A stretch of 64,000 bases of DNA from the human T2T-CHM13v2.0 reference genome, Homo sapiens: the NCBI RefSeq assembly GCF_009914755.1, contig NC_060931.1; one strand, written 5' to 3'. The notes beneath the pieces are model-generated. The model had not been told where the DNA came from, ran no database searches, and saw only the letters and a list, made by a program, of their open reading frames with translations. Position numbers and translations under genes: made by a program. Positions 53,461 to 64,000 of this stretch are shown in pieces. Position 1 is the stretch's first letter, and every line of letters starts with the position of its first letter.

Positions 53461-54942
53461 CTAAAAACAAACACACACTTTGGGTTTAAAAATTATCTTG
53501 GTGATATGTAAAGGAAGAGCTTTCACTGCGGTACTAATGCATTCTGAATTACAGTAGAGGAGCTCTGGGAATCCCTGGCTCCTAGCATAAAAACAGTTGT
53601 ACAACTTCCTTCCTGAAACACTGTGCAGAAGATGCTACTTAACTCATGGGAAAACTCTCAACTAGCATTCGTGGATATCTGAGGATGGCACAATTTGATT
53701 TGTTTTAGACCTGATTCTAGGTGGTGGTTCTTTGTGGCTCCCGTTCGTGTTACCATTGTAACATGACAATGAGGAAAGGCCAAGATTACAGTGGATCTAG
53801 CCCCTGGTGCTGAGGAAAGGCAAGATTGCTAGGAAAGGCCATAGCTTGTCTGGACTGGGTGGGTGGCAATTGACAGCTGGTGGTGGCAGGGAAGCAGGAG
53901 AGAGGGAATCAGCAGGAACTTAAGGGGATATGGTGAAAGAGTAGCTGCTGGTGGTGGAGGTCAAGGTGCACTACAGCATAAAACAGTGCCTGGAAGTAGC
54001 AGAGCTTGGCCACATCCACCACAGGTGAGGGCCCCATGGAGGTCTCATCTAGGGAACATGGGAACTGAAACCAAGTCCAGGAAAACAGAGTGAGTGCTAT
54101 GATCCCAGGAAGTGGTTGTAAGAAGTCTGCCAGAGAACATGAGAAGCACATTCCTAGTTTGGGATCTGCTGGGAACAAAAAAGAGCACAAGCCCCAGGAA
54201 TTTGCCTGGAAGTCATAGTAAACGTCCCTCAGGTATCGGGGCATCAGGGTCCTCATGAGGGATAAACTGTCCCAGTGATGCCTCATTCCCAGTGATTCCA
54301 TTTCTCTAGTGGCCAAAGACCAGAAAACAATTCGGCGTAGCATTCCTAAGCAGGATTCCACCAGAACTCCTGATGGAGCTGAAAAAACATTGATCCATTA
54401 TAGTGCCTGTAAGTTGCCTAGGAGTGGATTCAAAACATCTGAGAAGGATAGGGAGTAGGAAAGAGTACATGAGAAGAGTTGACACTGTGTAAAATTAAGA
54501 GAACAATCCATGTGGGTTGGGGTGAGGGAAAAGGGATTCCTTGTTCTGCTAAGTTGAGCTGGGTCTTAAAGAACATGATCATCATGAGAGGAAGAGAAAA
54601 GGAACATTTATTTAACACACAGTTAGTCAGGCGCCATGCCCAAAACAATCAAAACTGTTGCAATAATCTGGGTCTGGATCATAGAATTTAGCTATGGGGG
54701 AAGGGAAAAAGACTATCTTCTAGAGATTTTAGTTTCTAAGAGCTAAAAGTCATGTTGGAGATATTATTATGGATGAAGTAAGACATAAGGGATAGAAAGA
54801 TGACCATATAAACATGAAAGCACTCTGAAAATTATAAATATGGATTGCACATATGAAAATTTATGCTCTAATAGGAAAAATATGAATGAAGATTCTTTGA
54901 GTGAGATCAAGGCTCATGGCTTTACATTGAAAATGCACAACA

Positions 54943-55279
54943 GGCCAGGTACAGTGGCTCACGCCTGTAATCCCAGCACTTTCGGAAGCTGAGGCAGCAG
55001 GATGGCTTGAGACCAGGAGTTCAAGACCAGCCTGGGCAACATGGTGAGATCCTGTCTCTATAAAAAATATAAAAAAAAAAACAACAAAAAAAAACAAACA
55101 AAAAGAAAAACTAGTCAGGCAGGGTGGTGTGCATCTGTAATCCCTCCCAGCTACTCAGAAGGCTGATGTGGGAGGACTGTGTGGGCCCAGAAGGTCAAGA
55201 CTGCAGTGAGCCATCATCATGTCACTGCACTCCAGCCTGGGCGACAGTGAGACTCTGTGTGGAAAAAAAAAAAAAAAAA
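54943..55279 (+). mobile_element. AluJo-like with expanded middle A-rich linker
   Basis: Full dimer; TSD aaatgcacaa(c/t)a. Confidence 0.93.
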
Positions 55280-55559
55280 GGAAATGCACAATAATTATTC
55301 ATATGTCTATCAATCTTTGAAAGAAAACTTCCTAAGAGTTAAAATAAGAATACATGACAAGGATCAGAACATGTAGATGCTCAGTGTTAAAGAAATTTTA
55401 ACATTTACCCTATTATTACTGGTAGTTAATATGGCAAGAATCTAGACATTTCAGAATTTCTATGTGCATTTCTAGAAAATATTATGAATGGCAATACTAA
55501 ACACCTTCTCTGTAAGAATCAAGGTACTATTTAGTTCCCAATATTTTTATCACTTTCAT

Positions 55560-55810
55560 TTTTATCCCTATTAAGTATTTTTACAGATCTAATTGAAATG
55601 TCTTCATCTGCTCTGTGAAGACTTCCTCAATTCTTCTGGAAAGTTAGTCTTCCTTTTCTTGAGATCCCATGGCCTCTGCTCAGTCCTCCCTGGGACATTG
55701 TAAGTGATCTACCCTCTGTTTGCCTCACCCATTAGGTTCCGGGCCCTTTGATATAGGGGCTGTATTAATATATCTTTAAGGTCTGGCAGTATGTGGCAGA
55801 ATACAGGCTT
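55560..55810 (+). mobile_element. L2 3' fragment
   Basis: aaatgtcttcatctgctctgtgaagacttcct...tctgtttgcctcacccattag. Confidence 0.5.
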
Positions 55811-57315
55811 TCATTTTCCTAAATTCAAACAAGCTAAAACATGTTTTAAAAAAATCATTAGTATTTAAAAAATATTTTCTGGGATGAGCCCAAAGTTCTG
55901 TTTTTATTCACTTTTCCCAAATTAATTTTTTACATTGCCAAGGCAATATAAAAAGACACAGAAAAGTTTGAAAAAAAAACCCTCTGATTCCACCTCACAG
56001 TCACTGCTAATATTTTGGTAAGAGTAATAAGCATTCAGTGTTGTCTTGGACACCAGATGACACTTGAGGTTGTCTTCATGGAGCATTACAAAATAAACAA
56101 TGTTTACTATGAGAATTTGAGTGCTGCTGCTCAGCTTTTCTTTCATAGGCCCTCAGATATAATATTTCTTAACCTTCTTCATTGGGGAACATTTAAAAAT
56201 GGTGCATGTTCATTGTTGCCAACATTCCTGACTGGTAAATTGATAAACAGATCTTCCTGTTGTAGTTCTTGCACCTGCATGAGGCTGTCTTCCATAACAT
56301 GCTTAGCCAGGGTGTAGTGGATGCATCTGCTTTATGAGTTAACTGACAGAATTTGTTTATAAACCCACTGAAGAGCTAAATGAAGCAAAATGCATTATCG
56401 TACTTGCTAATTACATTTCATTTCAGCTGAAAGCTTATTACAGATACAGCCTGAAAACCCGACTTTTTAATTTTGTTTACAGCCACTTCTGCTTTGACTT
56501 CAAACCCTACAAGATGTTTTTCTCCACAAAATTCAGGAGGATCAAAGCTGGCTGGAGGACTCTGTGGTATTGGTTAATATCTCCTGAACTGCACTTGCTA
56601 ATAAGAAAAGACTTTTACTTCCGCTACAGATTGGTATCAGTACTTGTTCTAATGGACTCCTTAAACATCCAGAAATGCACAATATTTTCACTTGCCTTTA
56701 ACTCACCACTTTCTGGGAGGAAGTTCCATCTCTTATACACCCAGCAATATGACTGTAAGCACAAAACAAGCTGAACCCCAATGCCACACATATCTGAACT
56801 AGCCACATTCTTAACACTGTCACGTCAGCTCAGATGTGCTCTCCTCCTTTTTCATCAAAATGAAACTGTCCCCAGAATGTCATTAACCACTAGCTTTGTG
56901 TGTATTCAGGAATGGCAAAACCCATGCTGACCTTGGCTCCATTGCTAGTTGACCCTTCCCACATTCCCCCTAAAAAGCAATTTTCTCCTCCCACCGTCTC
57001 CATCAATCTAGAGTCATCAAAGATGATCATTACCTGCTACTACCTTCTAGAAGAGTCACCCGCAAAATTGCTCTTCTGTATAGTGACCCTGAATCTCTAG
57101 GCTGTTTAATTTATTTCACTTCTTTATAATTAAATTAGACTGTCTGATATTTGTGTATTATGGTTACTTTTTTCTTAGCTTCTCCATTCTACCACAGCTG
57201 CAGATGCTACCTCAGAAATCCATCATAAGCTTGTGAAGGTAGCAGAAACGGCAGGCGCTGAATTATTTGGATATCGCTGACAAAGCCTTTGTTATTCCCT
57301 CCTTTGGTGTCCCTA

Positions 57316-58688
57316 CAGGGCAATTTTCAAAGTCCCTGGAGTCCTCTGGGGGGTCCCTAAGATACTTCAAAGAGGCCATGGGTTCAAAAGTATTTTCATA
57401 AAAATACTAAGGTATTATCTGCCTTTTTCATTGCATCATCATTTGAACTGATGGTTCAAAAGCAGTTATAGCTACAAGTGCCAGTACCTTAGTTTGAATC
57501 AAGGCAGTGGCACCAAACTGTGTAGTAGTCCTATTTGTCATCACTGTGTACTCACAGGAAAAAAAAATCCAGTGTAACTTAATAATGTTCTGGTGAAGCA
57601 GTAAAATAATATTAATTGTATTAAATCCCGACCCCTGAGTGCAACAAAATGAGAGGTATACGTAAAGCACTTTGCTGCTTACTCAAGTACAATATACATC
57701 TATGCAGATATCTGAGTTGAGAGCTGAACTAGCTGGGTTTTCTTTTCATGGAACACCATTTTACTTGAAAGAATGACTGACAAACTAAGGTTATTTATAC
57801 TTAGGTGTTTGGCAGACATTTTGTCAAAAATGAACAAAGTGAACTTGTCACTTCAGGGAAAACAACTGAGAGTATTTGTTGCCAACAAAAAAAAGTTCAG
57901 CTTTGAAACAAAATTTAGAATTTTGGAAAATTTGTAACTGCCACTGTGAGCTTGACAGCTTCCCCGATACTTTAAGGCTTTTCTGATAAGACTGGTGTGA
58001 TAGTAATGAATGTGATCTGTTGATACTGCCTTATGAAATGTGTCAACATTTGGAAAATCTATTTAACTCAGTGAAGCAACATTTTCCAAATGACCAATGC
58101 ATGATGTTACAAAATCAGACATGGGTAAAAGGTCCATTCGAAGTGCAAAACAGAATAGTTGATTTTAAGGTAATGGTATGACGAACAGGAAAATTTCATT
58201 GGTAATAGTTTCAGATTCTGCATTGCAATTATCTTTTAAGAAACTGCTGCTTGTGGAGTTTTGGTGTAGTATCACAGAATAATAACAATTATCTACAAAG
58301 GTTACTAAATACTCTTTCTCAATGTGAGAGGCTGGATCTTCTTCACATACTTCAATCAAAACAACGTATCGCAATAGATGGAATGCAGAAGCAAATGTGA
58401 GAATCCACTTACCTTGTATTAAGCCAGACATTGAAGAGATTTACAAAAATAAAATATTGCTCTTCTCACTAAATGTTTGTTTTTGAAAATATTGTTACTT
58501 TTTGTTAAAATATGTTAACATGTATACTTACTGCTTTTTAAGAAAAAATTCTTTTTAACATTTCTGTTTTAATTTCTAATATAATAGATACCAATAAATA
58601 TAACCCATATAAATGAGAGTTCTTTGGAGTTATTAATAATTTGTAAGAGAGCAAAGGAGTCCTAAGACCAAAAACTTGAGGCCTTCTG
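57316..58688 (+). mobile_element. Charlie1a hAT transposon, near full length, decayed transposase
   Basis: gaatcaaggcagtggcaccaaactg, catggaacaccattttacttgaaagaatgactgacaaact, attttccaaatgaccaatgcatgatgttacaaaatca, aagccagacattgaagagattt. Confidence 0.92.
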
Positions 58689-59009
58689 TTCTATTTCATG
58701 CCATGGTTTGCATAGCAAAATTATCTGTTGTCTAACTCATAAGTTAGACATTACTTCAAGGTAGCCATCTGCACACAAATGTTTTGTATTTGCATGTATG
58801 GCAAAAAATAGACTAAATTTCTAAAATTTTGTGTACCTTAATAAGCAAGCTCTGTAAAGTTAAATTTGTAAAATTTTGCATTAAATAAACTAAGAACACC
58901 TGTTTTACAATGGTCTAGTGTCCTAGACCACTAAATTTTTCAGTATGTTGAATATAATCATTCTTACAAGCAAAAATCCTTAAGGAAAAGACATATGGTT
59001 AACTTTGTG

Positions 59010-62000
59010 TTTTTTTCTTTTCGAATATATGTATTTAATGCTATAAAATGTCCTGTAAGCACTGTTTTTACTGCATCCTACAAATTTTGATGTCATATTT
59101 TAATTTTCTTTTTTATTAAATATTTTAACTTTCATTTTAGGTTCAGGGATACATGTGCAGGTTTGTTATATAGGCAAACTCACAACTTGGAAATTTCACG
59201 TACAGATTCTTTCATCACCCAGGCACTAAGCATAGTGCCCAACAGTTTCTTTTCTCTGAATCTCTCTCTCCTCTCCCCTTCCTTCCTCCCCAGTATCTGT
59301 TGTTCGCCTCTTTCTGTCCATGTGTTCTCCTTATTTAGCTCCCTCTCATTAGTGATAACATGTGGTATTCGGTTTTCTGTTCCTGTTTTAATTCACTTAG
59401 GATAATGGCTTCCAACTACATCCGTGTTGCTGTAAAGGACATGATTTTTTACTTTGTTACGGCTGTCTAGTATTCCATGGTATACATGTACCACATTTTC
59501 TTTATTCAGTCTACCACTGATGGGCATTTAGGTTGATTCCATTTCTTTGCTATTGTGAATAGTGCTGCAATGAACATACAAGCACATGTGTCTTTATGGT
59601 AGAATAATTTATATTCATTTGGGTACATATCCGGGAGTGGGATTTCCGGGTCAGATGGTAGTTCTGTTTTTAGTTCTTTGAGGAATAACCACACTGCTTT
59701 CCACAATGGTTGAAATAATTTACACTCCCACCAACAGTGTATAAGCATTCCCTTTTCTCTGCAACCTCATCAGCATCTGTTATTTTATATTCATTTAATT
59801 CAAAATGTTTTAAAATTCCTCTTGAGACTTCCTTGACCCATGTATTATTTAGAAGTGTGTGACTTAATTTCTAAATACTTGGGGAATGTTTTCCAGCTAT
59901 CTTTCTGTTACCGGTTTCTGGTTTTATTCTATTGTGATTTGAGAACATACTTTTTATGATTTCTATACTTTTAAGTTCTCTGTGGCCCAAAATGTGGCAT
60001 TTATTGGTGAATGTTTCTTGTGACCTTGAGAAGAATGTGTATTCTGCTGTTATTGGTAGGAGCATTCTATAGATATCAATGAAATCAAGTTGATGGATCA
60101 TGCTGGTCAGGTCACATGATCAAGACTGATTTTCTTCCTGTTTGACCTGTCAATTACTAACAGAGGAGTAGTGAGGTCTCCAAATACAATAGTGGATTTG
60201 TCTATTTCTCCTTGCACTTCTATTAGTTTTGCCTCATGTACTTTGATGTTCTTTTGTTAGGCACATACACATCAAGGATTGTTATATCTTCTTAGAGAAC
60301 TGAATAATTTTTCATGATGTAATGCTCCTCTTTGTCCCTCATGATCTTCTTTGTTCTGAAGTCAGCTTTGTCTGAAATTAATATAACTACTTCAGCTTTC
60401 TTCTGATCAGTTAAATGTGGCATATCTTTCTCCATCTCTATATTTTTAACCTATTTTTTACTTTATATTTAAAGTGTATTTCTCATAGACAACATAGCTG
60501 AGTCCTATTTTTCAAACACTCTTAACAATCTCTGTTTTTACTAAGTGTATTTAAACCAGTCACATTTAAAGTAACTATTGGTACAGTTGGATTAATATCT
60601 ACTATACTAGAGACTTTCCTATTTATTTCATCTCCTTTGGTTTATTCTCCCTCTTTTACTGCTTTCCTTGGTTTTAACTTAGAATTTTATGTAATTCCAT
60701 TCTGTTTCAAATATTATTGTATCAATTTTACTTAAAATGTTAGTAGTTGCCCTAGAATTTATAATAAACATTTTTAACTAATATAAGTCTACTTACTTTC
60801 AAATCACACCACCACTAATGATTAGTATAGGTGTCTCATAAAGACTATTCTCAATTTCTCTCTATGGCCCCTTGTGACATTGTTGTCATTCACTTCTCTT
60901 ATCTATATGTTATAATCACCGAATGCATTGTTAGCATTGTTGCTTTGAACACTTTTTTTAGATCAATTACAAATAAGAGAAGTAAATGATTTTACTTTCA
61001 TTTATTTTTACTTTGACACTTCTGTTTTCTGAATATAGAGTCAACTTTCTAACTTCTTTCTTCCTGAAGAAATCTTAACATTTTTTTCAGGGTATGTCTA
61101 CTGGTGATTAATTACCTCAGTTTTTGCTTACCTGAGAAAGTATTTCTCCCTCACTTTTAAAAGATAATTTTGCTGGACATGGAATTCTAGATTTTTTTTT
61201 CTTTCAGTACTTTAAATATTTACTTCCACTCTGTTTTTACTTGCATGGTTTTCAATGGGAAGTGTACAGTAATTCTTGTCCTTATTCCTCTATAGTCCAG
61301 TGTCTTCCTTGCCCCACTTTGGCTTCTTTCAAGATTTTTTCTTTGTGCTTGATTTGCTGCAGGTTGATTATGATATGCCTAGATTTTTTGTTTCTTTGTT
61401 TTTCTGGGTTTTTTGGTTTGTTTTGTGTATTTATCCTGGTTGGTGTTCTCTGAGCTTCCTGGATCTGTGGTTTGGTGTCTCATTAATTTTGGAAAATTTG
61501 CAGCCATTATTACTTCAGATAATTTTTCTGCCCTGTCCTCAATTTCTTCTGCTTCTGGTATTCCAATTATGGAGATATTATGCCTTTTGAAATTTTCCCA
61601 CATTTCTTTGGGGTTCTATTCTGTTTGTTTTCTTTTTTTAACTTTAATTCTTGTTTCTTTTTGTACTTCAGTTTAGAATGTTTCTGTTGACTTATTTTCT
61701 TCAGGCTCACTGACTCTTTCTTTGGTTGTTTTGAGTGTACTTATAAGCCCATCAGAGACACTTATAATTTCTTTAATAGTGTTTTCTTTTATTTCTCTAG
61801 ATTATTTATTAGACTTTCTGTCTCTCTGCTTACATTACCCAAATATTCTTGAGTGTTGTTTACTTTTTCTATTAGAGTCTTTAACATATTAAGCATAGCT
61901 ATTTTCAATTCCATCTGAATTTAAATTCCCAACCCTAATTCCAAAAGCTATGCCATGTCTGAGCCTAATTCAGATAGTTGTTTTGTCTCTTCAGACTATG

Positions 62001-62700
62001 TTTGCCTTTTATATGCTTTGTAAATTTTTGCTGAAAACTAGACATATTGTGTTGGGTAATAGGAGGCAAATAGGCCTTCAGTGTGAGGATTTATGCTAAT
62101 CTGGCTAAAAGTTGGATTGTGTTTAAAATTTTCTGTAGCTATAGGTGCAAAAGGACTCACCTTCCTCTAATGTCTTTGTTTTTTCCCCATTTGACTTGGG
62201 GCTTCCCTAAGTTCTACTCTTCAAAGAGCATCTATGTCTTGCAGCTCTTTCAGCTATGATCTACTATTATACTGAAGCCCTGTTAATGTGGTGGTGAAGT
62301 ATGGAGGAGGGGAAGCATTGTAACATCTTACAATATACTCCCATTGTTTAGGCATGTGTCTCTGAGTTGTGAACTTCAGAAAAATATAGCTCTACCCTCT
62401 GCTCTCACTTCCCCCTTTTGGTGAGACAGAAAGGTTAGAGGAGACTGGAATGGGAGAAATGCCCTTTCCTCGGCTGAGATAGAGCTGCGGTAATGTCTTT
62501 GCCCCTGGACAGTAGTTCTTTGCTAAGAAGCTGGTCATATTGCACAATGATTACTCCTCTTTTCTAGTCAGAACCATGAAGGATCTTCCTCAGATTTTCA
62601 ATGTGAGAACCTGCTATGGTTGCTATAAATAAAATCCATGATCCCCTTAACACTGCTACATAAGACTGTGGTTTCCTTCATGTTAGCAGACACTTCCTTT
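59010..62700 (-). mobile_element. Old L1M (L1MC/MD-like): 5'UTR, ORF1 and ORF2 endonuclease start
   Basis: Minus peptides MWENFKRHNISIIGIPE...ANFPKL (ORF1) and QLDFIDIYRMLLPITAEYTFFS (ORF2 EN). Confidence 0.88.
59105..59785 (-). mobile_element. L1PA15/16-type 3' end nested in the L1M
   Basis: HCWWECKLFQPLWKAVW...WNQPKCPS and 3'UTR ggttcagggatacatgtgcaggtttgttatatagg. Confidence 0.9.
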
Positions 62701-62749
62701 TGTTTTCTTTGGTAAAACAAGCTAGCATGTTCAAGGTTCCAATCTGTCA

Positions 62750-63033
62750 AGATACTGAGAATGACCTCTAGCCATCAGCCCTCAAGGAACTGAATCCTGC
62801 CAGCAACTGTATGGATGAGCTTGCAAGTGGATCCTTCCCCAGTTGAACCTTCAGTTAAGACCACAGACTCTGGGCTAACACCTTGATTATAGATTTTTGA
62901 AAGAGCATGAAGCAGAGAATCTGGCTAAGCAATGGCCAATTCCTGAACCACAAAAACTGTGAAATAATACTTACATGTTGTTTTGAGCTGCTATTGGGAG
63001 TAATTTGGTATGTAGCAATAGATAACTAATATA
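62750..63033 (+). mobile_element. MLT1E/F LTR 3' part
   Basis: caaggaactgaatcctgccagcaac...gtggatccttccccagttgaaccttcag...gcaatagataactaata. Confidence 0.8.
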
Positions 63034-63344
63034 ATATATACCAGAAATAACAAGTTGAAGAAAAAAATTCCATTCACATGTTTAATGAAATTATAAATTT
63101 ATCCACTCAACAAGATTTTGTTATTGTGTTGCTCCTACAATATGGCACTGAGCCATTTAAAATATAATGGTAAGCTAAAAACAAACACAGTATAAAATTC
63201 TAGAAGAATTAGAAATTCTATTTACAACTGGAAATGATGGGATCCATATGCATGAAGTTATCGCATTGAAAAAAAGCCTTACTAAAATATATAAAATATG
63301 ATTTAAAATAATGTGTTGAAAAGGATGCAATATCCTTGGATAAG

Positions 63345-63460
63345 CCAGAAATAAGCCTCCTGGGGCAAAAACTTTGGATTCATTGCTGCAACCTCAGCAC
63401 TCAGACCAGGGCCTGTTTCATGATATGTGCTCAATAAATACTTGTTGAATAAATGAAATG
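63345..63460 (+). mobile_element. L2 3' tail
   Basis: gtgctcaataaatacttgttgaataaatgaa. Confidence 0.7.
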
Positions 63461-63541
63461 TTAAGACAGCTCTCCTAAATGAATTCATGGGCTTAATGTA
63501 ATCTTGATACATTAAGGTTTTATTAAAATAATTTTATAATA

Positions 63542-63622
63542 TTAGGCTGGTGCAAAAGTATTTATGGTTTTTGCCATATAAAAGTAATAGCAAAACCTGC
63601 AATTACTTTTGCATCAACCTAA
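63542..63622. mobile_element. MADE1 (Hsmar1 MITE)
   Basis: TA-ttaggctggtgcaaaagta...tacttttgcatcaacctaa-TA; 81-bp near-palindrome. Confidence 0.92.
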
Positions 63623-63699
63623 TAAATTATAATATATAAATAGGTTATAAATATAATAAGAATTATAAAAATAAGTTATAAAAATAATTCAAAAATCAT

Positions 63700-64000
63700 C
63701 ACAAACGATAAATTTACAACTTATATAAAAAATTGAAAAAGAATTCTTAACATTGTGAAACTGATAATACAAACAGTAGCACTAGCACAGAGAATCAATT
63801 GGCAGATCAACTGAATGAAACTCAAAACTCTGAAAACAACCTAATATTTATTTTTTAAAACTTTATGACAAAGAAAACATCACCAATTAATAAAATTAGG
63901 CTGCATTTGAGTGTTGAGAAAATTGGATATTTAGGGAAAAGAAATCAAGACAATGTCGGGTTCACACAATACACAAAAATAAATTTCATATGATTTAAAT
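63700..64000 (+). mobile_element. L1ME ORF2 remnant
   Basis: tttatgacaaag...gtgttgagaaaattggatat...cacacaatacacaaaaataaatttca. Confidence 0.55.

Noticed and set aside
57316-58688. Domesticated hAT transposase gene
   Set aside because: Multiple stops and frameshifts, no plus-strand ORF in the track; an ordinary Charlie1a relic.
58911-58930. 8-bp hairpin TGGTCTAG-tgtc-CTAGACCA
   Set aside because: Expected by chance in 64 kb.
63542-63622. Hairpin resembling a miR-548 precursor
   Set aside because: Ordinary MADE1 copy; thousands exist and nothing here shows processing.

Overview
AT-rich primate genomic DNA, almost certainly human or great ape, with no CpG island and no long intact protein-coding ORF. 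Much of it is interspersed repeat, often nested and with recognisable target-site duplications: about 11 Alu/FLAM, many L1 fragments, L2, MIR, MLT1 LTRs, and hAT/Tc1-mariner elements (Tigger3a, Tigger4, MER1B, MER3, MER5, MER96B, MER117, Charlie1a, Charlie5, MADE1). The main non-repeat signal is a spliced minus-strand unit that the ORF track shows only as one 66-aa fragment. Three exons with canonical AG/GT sites (10073-9859, a 30-nt microexon 8509-8480, and 7643 onward) join into a stop-free 124-codon frame ending at TAG 7516-7514, with candidate poly(A) signals near 5990. From memory this resembles the 3' end of human LINC01619/C12orf79, downstream of BTG1; that assignment is unverified. Other notable structures are a perfect 6.7 x 27-bp array of 20-bp palindromes grown from an L2-like tail, a 3 x 167-bp repeat with a readable two-step history, several small fold-back insertions, and an L1-in-L1 junction giving a 232-aa chimeric ORF2 frame. 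Repeat subfamily names come from remembered consensus sequences, and boundaries of old repeats are approximate.
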